A stretch of 64,000 nt of DNA from Psammoneis japonica (taxonomy: Eukaryota): the NCBI GenBank assembly GCA_008632985.1, contig QPGO01000009.1, forward strand, positions 310,001 to 374,000, read 5' to 3'. Shown one piece after another: positions 25,354-37,954 of the stretch. Under the pieces are notes generated by a model that ran no database searches, was not told the DNA's origin, and saw nothing but the letters and a program-made list of their open reading frames with translations. The translations under genes were made by a program, and so were the position numbers. Each line of letters opens with the position of its first letter. Positions within the stretch are counted from its first letter, which is position 1.

Positions 25354-26452
25354 ATGGTGTTGTTTGCACGTCAAGGCCGACGACGCAGCCCCACCGTTGC
25401 CAGCACTGTGGATGGAATCGTCAAGCATCGCCCCAAAAGGAAAACGATCCTTCTCGTCAAGGTCCTTCCGTTTGCTCTGTTTGTTTGGTACACAATATGG
25501 ATCAGTCATCATTACAAGAGACACTGTCTGAACAACAAGAGAGTAACAGTCATGTCAAGTTCAACGGCAGAGTGTTGGTGTGCGTGACGGGTCAAGTGGA
25601 GCGATTGATTCTCAAGCGCAAGGTGGAAACGCTGCTCATGCCACTGCAAAAAAAGTATGGCTTTGTCGTGGATGTCATTTTGGCACTCACGGACGACGAC
25701 GAGTCTCGTTATACCAATCCGGAAAATGGCAAGGTCCGCGTTGCAGAATTTGCGTCCTTTTCCAACGCAGTGTCGTATTTGGAGAATCACGATGAATTCT
25801 TTCGCGTCATCAACAAGAAAAGCATTCCTCCCTCCACGATATTTCTGTCAATCCACAATATCTCAATCAAATGGACAAGGGTAAAATGTCAGCCGAATGG
25901 AGAAAGAACCGAGTGGAAAACCATGCGAGACAATATCATGCTCTTGCACAGTGTTCCAAGTCCTTGTTGGATAGCGGTGGCTCCTTTGATCAGTACGAGT
26001 TTATGGTTCGAATTCGTGACGATGTCGCCTTGGAAAAACCAATGTCGCATTTACAGCCCTTGCTACGCTTGTTGGGAGACGACTCGGTCGTGACGAGCGA
26101 CTGTCGAACGCATGGTGGAATCAATGATCGCGTGGCCTTGGTGTCTCCCAGCGTCGCACAAGAATACTTGGAACGGCCCATGGAGAATTTCCATTCCAAA
26201 CCCATTCATGCCAAGGTGCATAATCCTGAATCCTATCTCTATTATACCTACCACGATCCACCGACCGATGGAGATACGCCCAATCAAGACGTTTTGAATA
26301 TTGTACAAACACCGCTCTTGCGTGGCGTAGTCAAGTACGTGACCAACCACAAGGGTAAGGCGACTCTTTCCGACAAGGAAGACATTTCGTATTGTCCCAC
26401 GAGGATGTCCAAGTTTTTGGATTTGTTTCGCAGTGAACACGAGTGGAAATGA
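25354..26452 (+). CDS. Type II membrane, glycosyltransferase-like hypothetical protein with two apparent frameshifts
   Basis: N-terminal TM (25354 frame), RVLVCVTGQVERL (25320 frame), VRIRDDV / HGGINDRVALV / NPESYL (25871 frame). Confidence 0.5.
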
Positions 26453-26534
26453 AACGTGTGTGTTTTGCTCTCGACTGTAGTATCCTTGAGTGCTGCGTTT
26501 TGCAAAGGACCTGTCAAGCAAATCTAACAATTGC

Positions 26535-26845
26535 AGTAGTGGAAAGGCTGTTGCTCGAGCATACCGGTACTGGTAGTAGCCTTGAGTAAAAACGTCTCCA
26601 CTCGCTATTTCGTTTCAAGATCTTGAGTAGTAGAAATGCTGTTGCTCGAGCAGTAGCCTTGAGTAGCTTTGCACTTTACTTTGTCTGGACAAAAGCAAGA
26701 ACGTCTCCACTCACTGTTTCGTTTCAAGATTTACAGTAGTAGAAACGCTGTTGCTCGAGCAAAGTAGCCTTGAGTAGCTTTGTACATTTCTTTGCTCGGA
26801 CAAAAGCAAGAATGTGTCCAATCGCTGTTTCGTTTCAAGATCTAG
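26535..26845. repeat. ~110-bp tandem repeat (about 3 copies)
   Basis: GTAGTAGAAACGCTGTTGCTCGAGCA...GGACAAAAGCAAGAACGTCTCCACTC...CGTTTCAAGA; same unit as 29950-30615. Confidence 0.9.
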
Positions 26846-26982
26846 CTCTTGAGTCTCCTCGTCGGCGGGTTTCAACGCGCTTCCTCCCTCTGCTGCACCG
26901 TCGGCAAATTGATCCAAAATCAAGTCGCTGTCGGGAAGCACCATGGCTCCACCATAACATTCAAGAACCGGCACGGTACCCG
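26842..26982 (-). pseudogene. Internal fragment copy of the GST gene at 30668-31479
   Basis: Near-identical to ~30975-31115 (PVLECYGGAMVLPDSDLILDQ). Confidence 0.85.
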
Positions 26983-26999
26983 TGTACCGTACTAGTAGC

Positions 27000-27375
27000 T
27001 AGCCCTAATCGATGAACTGTCAATGCTGCCAACTTCCATCTCATGTACTAACCATGCCGCTCGCGTTGCTCCACACTGAACACCTACCTACTCTAGAGAG
27101 GTTCCCCGGGTTTTAGCCATCTAGATCTGGACATGCCCGAGCAGGACGCGAGAAATGCGGTTCGTGGTCTTTTTCAAGAGAACGCTTTTGAGGATGAGCG
27201 TGTCAGGGGCATGCTGATTGAAAAGGGTTGTGTGGATTTGGAGGAAGCCTTGATACAACACAAGCAAAGAACTCACTTGATTCGAACGCTGGGCGGATAC
27301 GTTGATCAGAGTGGATCCAATCGCAAAAAGCTAGGACGGGATGCGACACTCAAAGAGATCTTTGTGAGACTGTAA
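27000..27375 (+). pseudogene. NDUFA6: Truncated copy (intron end and exon 2) of NDUFA6
   Basis: Near-identical to ~31921-32289, lacks exon 1, has indels; EKGYMD->EKGCVD. Confidence 0.85.
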
Positions 27376-27422
27376 TTATTGCAGCAGTGGCAAGTGGTAA
27401 ACCCTTTATTATTGTTATTAGG

Positions 27423-28469
27423 TCAATGGAGATCTTTGCGAGACTGTAATTGCCTCTTCAAGATGCGAGACCTTTCGTTGGATGCAAGCTGACTGATTCG
27501 CCTGCAAAACATGTCTTGATATTTCGGGTTGGAACCTTTGAACCGTTTCATCTCACTGTGTGTTAGCTTGATGCTACGGATTTCTACTCCGTGGTCTAGC
27601 GTATTTCTGGTTATCAATGGAGGACGTCGCGGGAAGTTTACTTCTCTTGAAGTTGAGGCATTGGATGGAAGCGTTTCTATTTTGAATGTTAAGCGAGATG
27701 TCTCATCACACTCGTTGTCAAGGTCTTCAAAAGCTTGAGCTGTCCCAATTTCCTCAGCCTTCAACCTTTCCCATGCAAAAGAAGTCACATTATCTGTGAA
27801 ACATCCGTGCCATTCCTTTATGAAGGGAAGAGAGTCTATTACCGTTCCGTACCTTGATCGCACCAGAAATCCACGACAACGTGATTGAATCCTCTGCGCC
27901 AGAAGAAAACGTCGAGCAATTGAATTGCCTCTCCTCGCCAAAAATAAGTGGCAAACGGCTTGAATTTTTGGTACCACCTTCTCTTGATGTAAAACCTTCG
28001 CTGCTTGTCTCCCCAGTGCTCCCCTGAAGAAAGCCTGGAGGATGACAGTTCTATTTGAACCTCGCTGAAAGAGCGTGTTTGGCATATAAATTGAGTGTTC
28101 TTCGGGGCTCTTGTACCCACCATCAGTAAGCACATGCATCCAGATTTCGTCACAAATGTCACGGTCTACAAAACGATAGTAAGCGTCAATAGACCAGCTT
28201 TTGATTCGAAGGAGGTGCTCAATAACGAATGTTCTGTCCACGACACCAACTGCATTGCGCAGATCAAGATCGCTCTCGGGTCCAACAGAATTCAAACCAG
28301 CTTGAAGTATACAGGATATGCATCTTGCATGATAAACAGCATCCATGTGTCCGTCATCAAGACGGTGAGTCTTTGTGAATGGCAAGGACCCTCGCGGAAA
28401 ATTGGGCGGAATTACGTCGCAATCGCGATAGACACGCCACCGAAAGATCTCCAAGACCTCAATCAGCAA
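27423..28469 (-). CDS. IQ-motif-containing ORF, probably a fragment of a larger protein
   Basis: 348-aa ORF with KIQAVCHLFLARR and RIQSRCRGFLVRSRY; ends at the duplication breakpoint. Confidence 0.4.
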   Translation of the reverse strand: MLIEVLEIFRWRVYRDCDVIPPNFPRGSLPFTKTHRLDDGHMDAVYHARCISCILQAGLNSVGPESDLDLRNAVGVVDRTFVIEHLLRIKSWSIDAYYRFVDRDICDEIWMHVLTDGGYKSPEEHSIYMPNTLFQRGSNRTVILQAFFRGALGRQAAKVLHQEKVVPKIQAVCHLFLARRGNSIARRFLLAQRIQSRCRGFLVRSRYGTVIDSLPFIKEWHGCFTDNVTSFAWERLKAEEIGTAQAFEDLDNECDETSRLTFKIETLPSNASTSREVNFPRRPPLITRNTLDHGVEIRSIKLTHSEMKRFKGSNPKYQDMFCRRISQLASNERSRILKRQLQSRKDLH

Positions 28470-28784
28470 AATGTGATTATTCGAAAATCGAATAGAACTG
28501 ATGTCTGGTATGATATCAACACCATATACATTGTCTCCTACTTGTGAGATGTGGTCCAGTTCACCATGTACAACAGTATGGCCGAGCGAATCCGCCCCGT
28601 ACCTTTGACTTTTGGTGACAATCGCAGTGTTCGATCAATCAGAGAGTTTGGAGCAATGCATTGCGAGGGAAACTTCAAAGGTGGTGTCTAACTAGGAAGT
28701 TTTTTCGACGGCAGCACAACCATCGTCGTGCATCAATTTTGATGGATTTCCTCTAAATTGTGCGGATAGAAATTCAACGCCTCG

Positions 28785-29305
28785 CGGATCAATGCCCAAG
28801 CTCAACGCATTCTTCCTCTAATTGGGCAGGAACTCAACGCCTCCCTCTAAATAAATGTATGTCCAACGCTTTTACTGTAGTTTATTGAATGGCTAAATAA
28901 ATAGCTTTCAGACGTCAATGCCCAAAAAAACATCACAATGCCACAATTCCGGATCAATGCCAAGCTCAACGCATCCTTCTAATAAACAGCTTCTAAATAA
29001 ATGTATGTCCAACGCTTTTACTGTAATTTATTGAATTGCTAAATAAATAGCTTTCAGACGTCAATGCCCAAAAAAACATCACAATGCCCACAATTCGCGG
29101 ATCAATGCCCAAGCTCAACGCATGCTTCTTCTAATTGGGCAGGAACTCAACGCCTCCCTCTAAATAAATGTATGTCCAACGCTTTTACTGTAATTTATTG
29201 AATGGCTAAATAAATAGCTTTCAGATCAATGCCCAAGCTCAAATATCTAATTCTTACTTAAAACAAACGCATGCTTCTTCTAATTGGGCAGGAACTCAAC
29301 GCCCC
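28785..29305. repeat. AT-rich ~150-165 bp tandem repeat (about 3 copies)
   Basis: GGATCAATGCCCAAGCTCAACGCAT...CTAAATAAATGTATGTCCAACGCTTTTACTGT...AAATAAATAGCTTTCAGA repeated. Confidence 0.9.
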
Positions 29306-29308
29306 CCT

Positions 29309-29869
29309 GAATGGAGAAACAACTGAGTGGAAAACCATGCGCGAGACAGTATCTGCTCTTGCTAGCTTGCACAGTGTTCCAAGTCCTTGTTGGACAGCGG
29401 TGGCTCCTTTTATCAATGCGAGTTTATGGTTCGAATTCGTGACGATGTCGCCTTGAAAAGCCAATGTCGCATTTGCAGCCCTTGCTGCGCTTGTTGGGAG
29501 ATGACTCGGTTGTGACGAGCAACTGCCGTACGCATGGTGGGATCAATGATCGCGTGGCCTTGGTGTCTCCCAGCGTCGCACAAGAATACTTGGAACGGCC
29601 CACGGAGACTTTTATTCCAAACCCATTCATGCCAAGGTGCACAATCCGGAATCCTATCTCTGTTATACCTATCACGATCCACCGACCGAGATGCGCCCAA
29701 TCAAGCCGTTTTGAATATTGTACAAACACCGCTCTTGCGTGGCGCAGTCAAGTACGTGACCAACCACAAGGGTGAGGCGACTCTTTCCGACAAGGAAGAC
29801 ATTTCGTATTGTCCCACGAGGATGTCCAAGTTTTTGGATTTGTTTCGCAGTGAACACGAGTGGAAATGA
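29309..29869 (+). pseudogene. 5'-truncated copy of the 3' half of the gene at 25354-26452
   Basis: Near-identical to 25895-26452 with indels; same C-terminus DLFRSEHEWK. Confidence 0.9.
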
Positions 29870-29949
29870 AACGTGTGTGCGTTGCTCTCGACTGTAGCAT
29901 CCTTGAGCACTATGTTTTTGCAAAGGACCTGTCAAGCGAATCTAACAAT

Positions 29950-30615
29950 TACTGTAGTGGAAAAGCTGTTGCTCGAGCATACTGGTAGTAGTCTTGAGTA
30001 AAAAGGTCTCCACTCGCTCTTTCGTTTCAAGATCTTGAGTAGTAGAAACGCTGTTGCTTGAGCATAGTAGCCTTGAGTAGCTTTGTACTTTACTTTGTCT
30101 GGACAAAAGCAAGAACGTGTCCAATCGCTGTTTCGTTTCAAGGCCTACAGTAGTAGAAACGCTGTTGCTCGAGCCCAGTAGCCTTGAGTAGCTTTGTAGG
30201 GCACTACATTACTTTGTCCGGACAAAAGCAAGAACGTCTCCACTCGCTGTTTCGTTTCAAGATTTACAGTAGTTGAAACGCTGTTGCTCGAGCAAAGTAG
30301 CCTTGAGTAGCTTTGTACATTACTTTGCTCGGACAAAAGCAAGAACGTCTCCACTCGCTTTTTCGTTTCAAGATCTACAGTAGTAGAAACGCTGTTGCTC
30401 GAGCATACTGGTAGTAGCCTGAGTAGCTTTTGTACATTACTTTGTCTGGACAAAAGCAAGAACGTCTCCACTCACTGTTTCGTTCAAGATCTACAGTACT
30501 GTAGTATAAACGCTGTTGGTCGAGCATAGTAGTCTTGAGTATTAGCTTTGTACTTTACTTTGTCTGGACAAAAGCAAGAAAGTGTCCACTCGCTGTTTCG
30601 TTTCAAGATCTACAG
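29950..30615. repeat. ~110-bp tandem repeat (about 6 copies)
   Basis: Directly visible units, as at 26535-26845. Confidence 0.9.
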
Positions 30616-30667
30616 TGTCAATTACCATAGCACGAAGGGTAATGATAGAATAACACAAGCGTTTGAG

Positions 30668-31479
30668 TTACCACCACCACCACCAGCTACTTTGTATTGT
30701 TTTTGAAAAGGCTTTGGTTGTCCGCATTTCTCTAGCCACGCACCAATCTTGGTGCAACCTTGCTTTTTCAACGGACCAAACTCGTCGTTGAGCCGCCAAA
30801 CAAAGGGAAACAAGGCACAATCCGCAACAGTCACCTTTTCTCCGCACAAGTACGGTCCAACGACATTGCCATCCATTCTTTGAAGCAATTCAATAACTTT
30901 CTTTCTTCCTCCTCCCAACACCGCATTCTTTCCCACGGGAATTAGCTTTGCCAAGTGGTCTCGCCATTTTGTAACTAGCTCTTGAGTCTCCTCGTTGTCG
31001 GGTTTCAACGCGCTTCCTCCCTCTACTACACCGTCGGCAATTTGGTCCAAAATCAAGTCACTGTCGGGAAGCACCATGGCTCCACCATAACATTCAAGGA
31101 CCGGCACGGTACCCGCTGGATTTAATTCCCAAAACCAATCGGGCTTTCCGCCTGCGCCATACAGTGAAACCTCCTTCATTTCGTACGGAGCATTGACAAG
31201 CTCGAGAGCGATCCATGCCTTTTGTGCAAATGGACTGGAATAATAATAATAATTTCAACGAGTAAGTCCTTGGAGCAACAACCACTCTCACAACATTGCA
31301 AACATACACAAAACATACCACATTTTGTTAGTGACAAATGTCGTTGTGGCAGGGCTCTGTCGTACCGCAAAGTTGGCAACGTCGGCCATACCCTTCGACA
31401 TTATCAACTGCAAAGGTCGACACGAGGGTAAGAGCGACAAGAGGAGGGACAAACGGAGCCGGCGGCTGCGGATGCTCAT
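30668..31479 (-). CDS. Glutathione S-transferase (Cys-type, omega/lambda/DHAR-like), two exons
   Basis: Intron 31318-31235 (GT..AG) restores TNKMCPFAQKAWIALE; KPDWFWELNPAGTVPVL; TVADCALFPF; C-terminus AFSKTIQSSWWWWW* needs one frameshift near 30715. Confidence 0.85.
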
Positions 31480-31652
31480 GGCTCATGGTGGAGGGAAAAT
31501 GATGAAACTGAAAATGAAAAAAGCAGGTGCGACGAGAATATAGTATACATCGTCGAAGGTTATTATTTACGTAGAAACGTACGAAAGACAGCGGTACAAC
31601 ACTCAGCACTCCAAAAAAAGTGCCGAACGACGCTTCGCTTGTTGTCACCACC

Positions 31653-32289
31653 ATGCCGATTGAACTTCAGCTTGCGTTAAAGGCTCGTCAGGTGGCAGCC
31701 TCCAACCCGGCGGCACAATTATATCGTAGCATTGCAAAGTGAGTTCCTCTATTGTGGATGTTGTCGTTTGATAGATACAAGATCGGGGAGACAATGTTCG
31801 TTCGTCACTCACTGACGTCGGGTGTGTTTTGGAGAAGATTCCAGATTCCGTGATAGTCTAGTCCGAGAGAGTTTCTTCGCTCATTTGTTACTGTAGAGCA
31901 GGTCGAGAGAGCATCTACTCTAGCCCTAATCGATGAACAATCAATACTACTAACTGCCGTCTCGTGTGCTAACCATGCCTCTCGCTTTGCTCCACACCTA
32001 CTCTAGGGAGGTTCCCCGGGTTTTAGCTATCTACGATCTGGACATGCCCGAGCAGGACGCGAGAAATGCGGTTCGTGGTCTTTTTCAAGAGAACGCTTTT
32101 GTCAAGGATGAGCGTGTCAGGGACATGCTGATTGAAAAGGGGTATATGGATTTGGAGGAAGCCTTGTTGCAACACAAGCAGAGAACTCACTTGATTCGAA
32201 CGCTGGGCGGATACGTTGATCAGAGTGGATCCAATCGCAAAAAGCTAGGACGGGATGCGACACCCGAAGAGATCTTTGCGAGACTATAA
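31653..32289 (+). CDS. NDUFA6: Complex I LYR-motif subunit B14/NDUFA6, exons 31653-31738 and 32007-32289
   Basis: AAQLYRSIAK|EVPRVLAIYDLD...VKDERVRDMLIEKGYMDLEEALLQHKQRTHL; in-phase GT-AG intron. Confidence 0.85.
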
Positions 32290-33169
32290 TCATTACAGAA
32301 GCGCCAAGTAGTAAACTCTTTATTATTAGTAGTAGTAGTAGGTCAATGGTTAAACATGCGGTTCTTTGACGTATTCTAGCCAATCGTCAACCATACGGTA
32401 TGCCAACCGCAAGGAAGGATTGGAGATGATTCGCGCGCCAGAAGATTCAAATCTTCCAAAAGCTACCCGCACCACCTCCACAATTGAGAGAAAAATCTAG
32501 ACTAGTCCACAACTTGCACGTGCGGTTTCGCAACGTAAAGGATACAGCCAGAATATGCTACGACATAGATATCCGTCTTGCTTTAAAAGACTGACGACCG
32601 CCTCATACTGTAGAAATGCGCATGAGCGAGCTAGAAGTAGTACTAAGGTATTGTAAATTGTAAAGAATTGCAAGCGGACGTTTTAGGAACTCTGTTTTCT
32701 ATTCCTTTTATGTGAGACGTGTTTTTATTGTCTCTCTAGAGAGGTATGATTTGTATTTTTTCGTAGGAGCCTTGTAAAATTATTGCTCCCAACGAATGCT
32801 CTATTCTCTTCCGTCAATGTTTCAACAACAAGCTTGACTTCCGAAGCGACACGACTTACATGATGCAATGCGAGCCTGAATTAGAGTGTGGTCAATGAAT
32901 TCTCTTTCGTCAATGTTGCCTCTCTGTTTCAACATGACGTCCGAAACGGCCTCGGCTTACAATACTGCGAGCCTGAATTCTTGAGCTGTAAAAGCGAACC
33001 GACATGGTGCAAACGGCAGAGAAAGCGCGTTCTCTATTAGATTGCAATGTTCTTGGACCCAGGCGTCATCAATATTCCGAGTACTAGCCTTCATATGGTC
33101 TGACATGGTCACCGGATGTCGTAACAAACACCTCTTCGGAAGGACTTGTTGGTGGAACAGGTGGGGGCA

Positions 33170-33790
33170 TCTGGTGAGTTTTAGCTACTGCTTCGAGACT
33201 ACCACACAGGTAGCCCTACTAGGCAACCCCACGACTGACGTAATGCCCCCCTTGGTGAAGACGTTGGCGAGTGTTGCGCTACTGCTTCGTGACTATCGGT
33301 AAAGGCTGATTGCCCGGTCCGCCGATGCCCTATTGGGTAGCCCCGTCTAACGTCCACCTTGCCTTTGCGGCAAAATTCGTTCTTCTCCCAACCAATGGAT
33401 ATGTGTGCGAGTTGTTGTGCCACTGCTTCGTGACTATGAATAATTGACGAGAGGCTGAAGCCTTCACATCTACTCATGCCCTAATAGGTGGCCCCGCAAT
33501 CTAACATTCCGTACTGTGAATTCGTGTGCGAGTTCGCGTTACTGCTTCGAGTCAGGATAATTGACAAGAGGCCGTCTCGGGTTGCGAGACTGAGTGCCAC
33601 GTCTATCCAAGTCCTAATGAGTAACCCCGCTTCCACGTTCACGCCGCCCCATGGCAGCAAAAGCCACAACAAGTCAAGTACGAGGATTTGCTACTGCTTC
33701 GGGTAGAGCAATTGACAAGAGGCCGTCTCTTATTCCAACGTTGTTGGGAGACTGAGTGCCACGTCTGCTCAATCCTAATGGGTAGCCTCG
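33170..33790. repeat. Degenerate dispersed/tandem repeats
   Basis: CTACTGCTTCG variants recur about 5 times; TTGACAAGAGGCCGTCTC...GAGACTGAGTGCCACGTCT occurs twice. Confidence 0.5.
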
Positions 33791-36700
33791 CATTGCTGCT
33801 GTGCTTTTCAAAACGTCCTTCTTGGTGAATCCAATCCCAAAGCACAATCAGTAAATCGCCTCGCCTTGAATATCCCAGACCGCCGTACCGCCGTGCCGCA
33901 ACCTAGACACGAGCACCTCAACGTATCCGCTTCTTGCCCACAACCACGGTGAATGATAATTCTGTCTCTGTGTACGTACAAGAAGGCAAGAGCGAGTTGA
34001 GTGGATGAAATACAAAAGAAAAAGGAACAACACGATACACGATCACGACAAGAACACACGTACCTTAATCTGCAACGACAAGGCCGGCAGCAAGCAGAAC
34101 GCCCATGGCCACTGCAACGAGCGCCATGGTCAAAAGAGAAACACAATCAACTCCTCCATTTTACTGCCGTGTTGTTTGAGTTGATTGTCAGAATTATGAG
34201 CGAATCGAGAGCGAACAGATTTCTGCATCGGATTGTTCTTGTACCAGAAGCACGTAAAATCCACGGAGCCTCAGTCCTCGGTCTTCCACGACTCGTGTGC
34301 TCTCGGTGCCTGGCAGGTTTCGACAACTTATCCTCTTGTGGGATCAGATATTTTCAAAAATGTCGGAACCGGTACTGGCATGCCGATCTTCCCAAACCAG
34401 CGGCAAATCGATCGCGAGCGTCATGGTGAAGTTTCTCGTTCTTTGATTTGATATTGTGTTGTTGTGTGGTCGCGCGTTGGGCGTTAGTCATCAGATCTTT
34501 GCGGACGCACATCAGACGTAGATTTCGAACATTTCATTTTTTATGAGCATGAATGTTATTTTGTCTTGACATCTTTCGGATCTTCCATCTCGTGGAATGC
34601 TGCATCGATCTTTACCGAGCTTCTGTTGGGAAAGAGACTACTAGAGTGGTCCCGTGCAAACAGATTTCCATGTAGAAGGAGGTCCGCGGCGCTGTGTGTT
34701 CGGGGATGGGGCCTACGACACGATTTGTCTTTGTTTCTGGCTCCTTCTCAAAGATCGCACTTGGCCTAAAACAGCTCTTGTCCATCTTTTGTGTTGTAAA
34801 AGATCTCTTTTCAACGGGATCCAGCGATGAGAAAAGCTGACAAAGATTGCAGCAGACAAGCAGTGTCAGCAGCTGCCATGGCATTGGATGCTTTTAGGCA
34901 ATGTTCTTGAATCATCATTTGGTGGTTGCAATCGCTCGCAGTTGTTTTCTGCTGGCAATGTCTTGTCAGAGAGCATGCACACAGTCCATCCAGAGATGTC
35001 TCAGGACAGCCTCATGCGTTGACCTCGCAAGTTGAGTGACTTCCTTGTCAAAATTCGTCTTGACCTGAACGAAACCGTTTGGCAATGCTGAAAAGGCGAT
35101 CGCATCAACATCCAACCAAAAAAACACACTGCAACAGTCTCTTCTCACCAAAGCAACAGGCAAACGATGCGACCGCATTTGTCACAAAACGTTGTCCACT
35201 GATTTTTCCTTGTCCAAGGCTGAGAGAACCATTCCCACAATGCAACAGACTTGCCACAGGGCTCCTCCACCTGCGCCATCTAGACTGCAACATCAATGCT
35301 CACATTTTCAAGAAGCACGCAACACAAGCCACACAGCGCATTTTGAGCACTGGGGACAGAGAAGCAGGTCCGCTCGACGATGTCAAATTCTCCGTGATCT
35401 TACGAAGATCCACAAGCAGTGGCATTGTTGATGGCTAGAATGGCATTCTTCTGCCCCGAATCTTGCCTCTTGTAAGAAGGGCGTCAGCAAATCGTAAAAT
35501 TTCCCTTCTTCAAACTGCTCCAGGTGCTCGATTGTCATGCAAAGAGATCGGTGGCGAAAAACAGAATCACACGGGTGCTCGATTGCCCCCCAAATTGATC
35601 GGTCATGTTTCAATCAAACCACAAGTTGGGCGCATGAGCTGATCTGCAGCAGAGGAGGAATCGAAGAAGTGAGGCTCTCCATGTCAGTGGAGCAGCCGTT
35701 GACACTCTTGGAGTTGCTGCTGTTGTTCCCTGATCGCTGTTGGATGATTCGTTGCTGCCGCTGCTGCTGCAGGAATCGAGGCATCAGTTCTAGCTGATCG
35801 TTGAATGTCACTCTGTTGCAGGGAAGTGACAGCAAAGATGATGGTCATTGGATTGAAACCAACAAAAAGGATTCCCAAATGGCAGTGCAACGTTGGTTGC
35901 GAGTGCACTGGAGCAAAACAGGGATTCAATGGCAGGATCCCGTGCAGCGGCGCTTCTTCGAATGACAGTCTTCGTGACAGTCCTGGCATTGGGCGAGCTC
36001 TTGCTTGAGGTTTGCAATGTCATCAAACATTTGTTCTCTTTCACAGAGAAACCCTTCCCTTTCGTTCAGAAGTTGATCCCTTTCACCACGCATTTGTTCC
36101 GCTTCGGGGTTGCGGTGACGAAAGATCCAGTTTGGGCAGAGACGGCGCATGACACAGATCACTGTTTCCCTGTGCTGTGCGGGTTGTCCAAAGCACTGAA
36201 CCTGAAATCATGCTGAAGATCGTTGCGACACAGGCGAATGTTGTGCAGGTCGACAGAACATCTTGGGGGACACGGTCCTTGACTTGGCGGAGGATCTTGA
36301 AGAATTTGCTGCTGGGCTTGACATTTGGAGCGCATTCTTGAAGGGCTTCATGGGCAGCCTTAACACCAAACGTAGAGACACCCACATCACAGTTGAAATT
36401 AACATGTGTTGTTCTGAAATCCTCCGTCAATGGCAAACTGATGAATGTCTTCTGGCGACAATCCGTCAATGGCAAACTGATGCATCTCTTCCGGCGACAA
36501 TCGGAACTTCCATCAACCTCAACAACACTCTCCTCCTCATTGTCCGTGTCCGCCTCTTCATCCGAAACATGCACTTGTGAATCTTGCCCTCCTCCGGCAA
36601 CTCGTCGTCATTGTTGTCATTCTGATCGAAAGCGGGCAGACTCACCACAGATGGATTGTCAGGGGGTGAGCCAACAAAACTCGCACAGAGCTCACGGACG

Positions 36701-37750
36701 CCCTCACCTTTCTCACGCGTGTCCCTGTGCTCCTCCGCTTGACGCTGCAACAGCTTGTCGGTCTCCTCCGCATGTTGCTGGATTGGCTTGTTGGCCACGG
36801 ACATTGTCATCTCTTTGTGAACGCTTTGCAATTGCTTCAACTCAGCAGCATGTTTTTGGCGACGAACACCTTCTAGATCAGCGCGATGCCTCATGAACCC
36901 GGGTCCATCTTTTGCCAGGCAGTGCTCCTTGTATGCCGCCAATCGCTCTGCGCCGGGCTCAGCCGTCTTCTTAGCTGCTTGGCTCTCCTGTTCCCTTTCC
37001 TTCTTTCTCCTGCGCTCTGCGGCTTTTTGACGATTCTTGCTTGTCCTGAATGCCTTCAACCCCATTTCTGAAATCTTTTTGGCTTTGCTCTTCGCCAATT
37101 TGTGGGTGTTGCTCTTGGGAACCATTGTCACTTGTTCTTGTGGGAAAATTGTGGATGACATCCGTGGCACTTGACATCGCAATCGTGGAAGATGGAAGAT
37201 TTTGGGAAAGTTTCCGTTTCATTTTCAAAATGTCCTTCATGAGAGTTTTGAGCCAGACGTGACAACAGGTTCGGGAGTCAACCTGCCGCAGATTTTGATC
37301 CGACCGAACCCACAACACGTTGGATCATCCCCGAAGTTCTCCTTGATGGGTGGCCACAGCAAGCCCAACCCAAGCGCCTGGTGAGCATCCCACAATGACC
37401 ACCACTCGATTTCCCCATTCTTCTCCTCGACCTTCCTCAGCAACAGATGCTCTCGCACCAACAGTTGCGGAAACAACCTCGAGTCCAGACATCGAATCTC
37501 CCAACTTCTTCGGTCCGCAATCCTCACAGCTCACAGCAAAGTCAGCCTCATTTTCTTTTTGTTGGCCCCATGTGTGCTGTGCCGGCAGGACTGCAACACT
37601 GTGTGCACTGGCCAGCTCAACGGCCACATTGTGGGCACATTAAAGAATGCTTTTTATCCAATCATCAAGGATGAAAATTGAAAAATACAAATTCCCAACG
37701 ATTGTGTGCAACCAATGTTTGGTGTGCGACAACTTTCCGTGAGCCACTTG

Positions 37751-37924
37751 TGCAGTGACTCACTTGCACGCTTCTGACACATGGCATTAATTTTGGATGT
37801 CAGATTGACGCAGCCGTTTGAGAGGGCTCGCCAGCACTCGCCAGCGCTTGCTGATGCTTGGGCTCTCCCTCTCTTCAGTCTGCTCACTTCTTTGTTTTGA
37901 CATCAACCTCAGCTTGAGCTTGCA
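37751..37924 (+). repeat. 5' LTR
   Basis: Ungapped alignment to 43023-43196 with 20 mismatches. Confidence 0.95.
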
Positions 37925-37954
37925 CTGCAACTGCAGTCGATTGTAAAGAGCTGA

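Noticed and set aside
34800..37640. Minus-strand coding remnants (36466..37182 etc.) as an identifiable gene
   Set aside because: Look like decayed coding sequence, but no family motif could be recognised.
37925..37950. tRNA primer-binding site
   Set aside because: No TGG-starting tRNA-complementary sequence recognisable after the 5' LTR; priming mode cannot be assigned.
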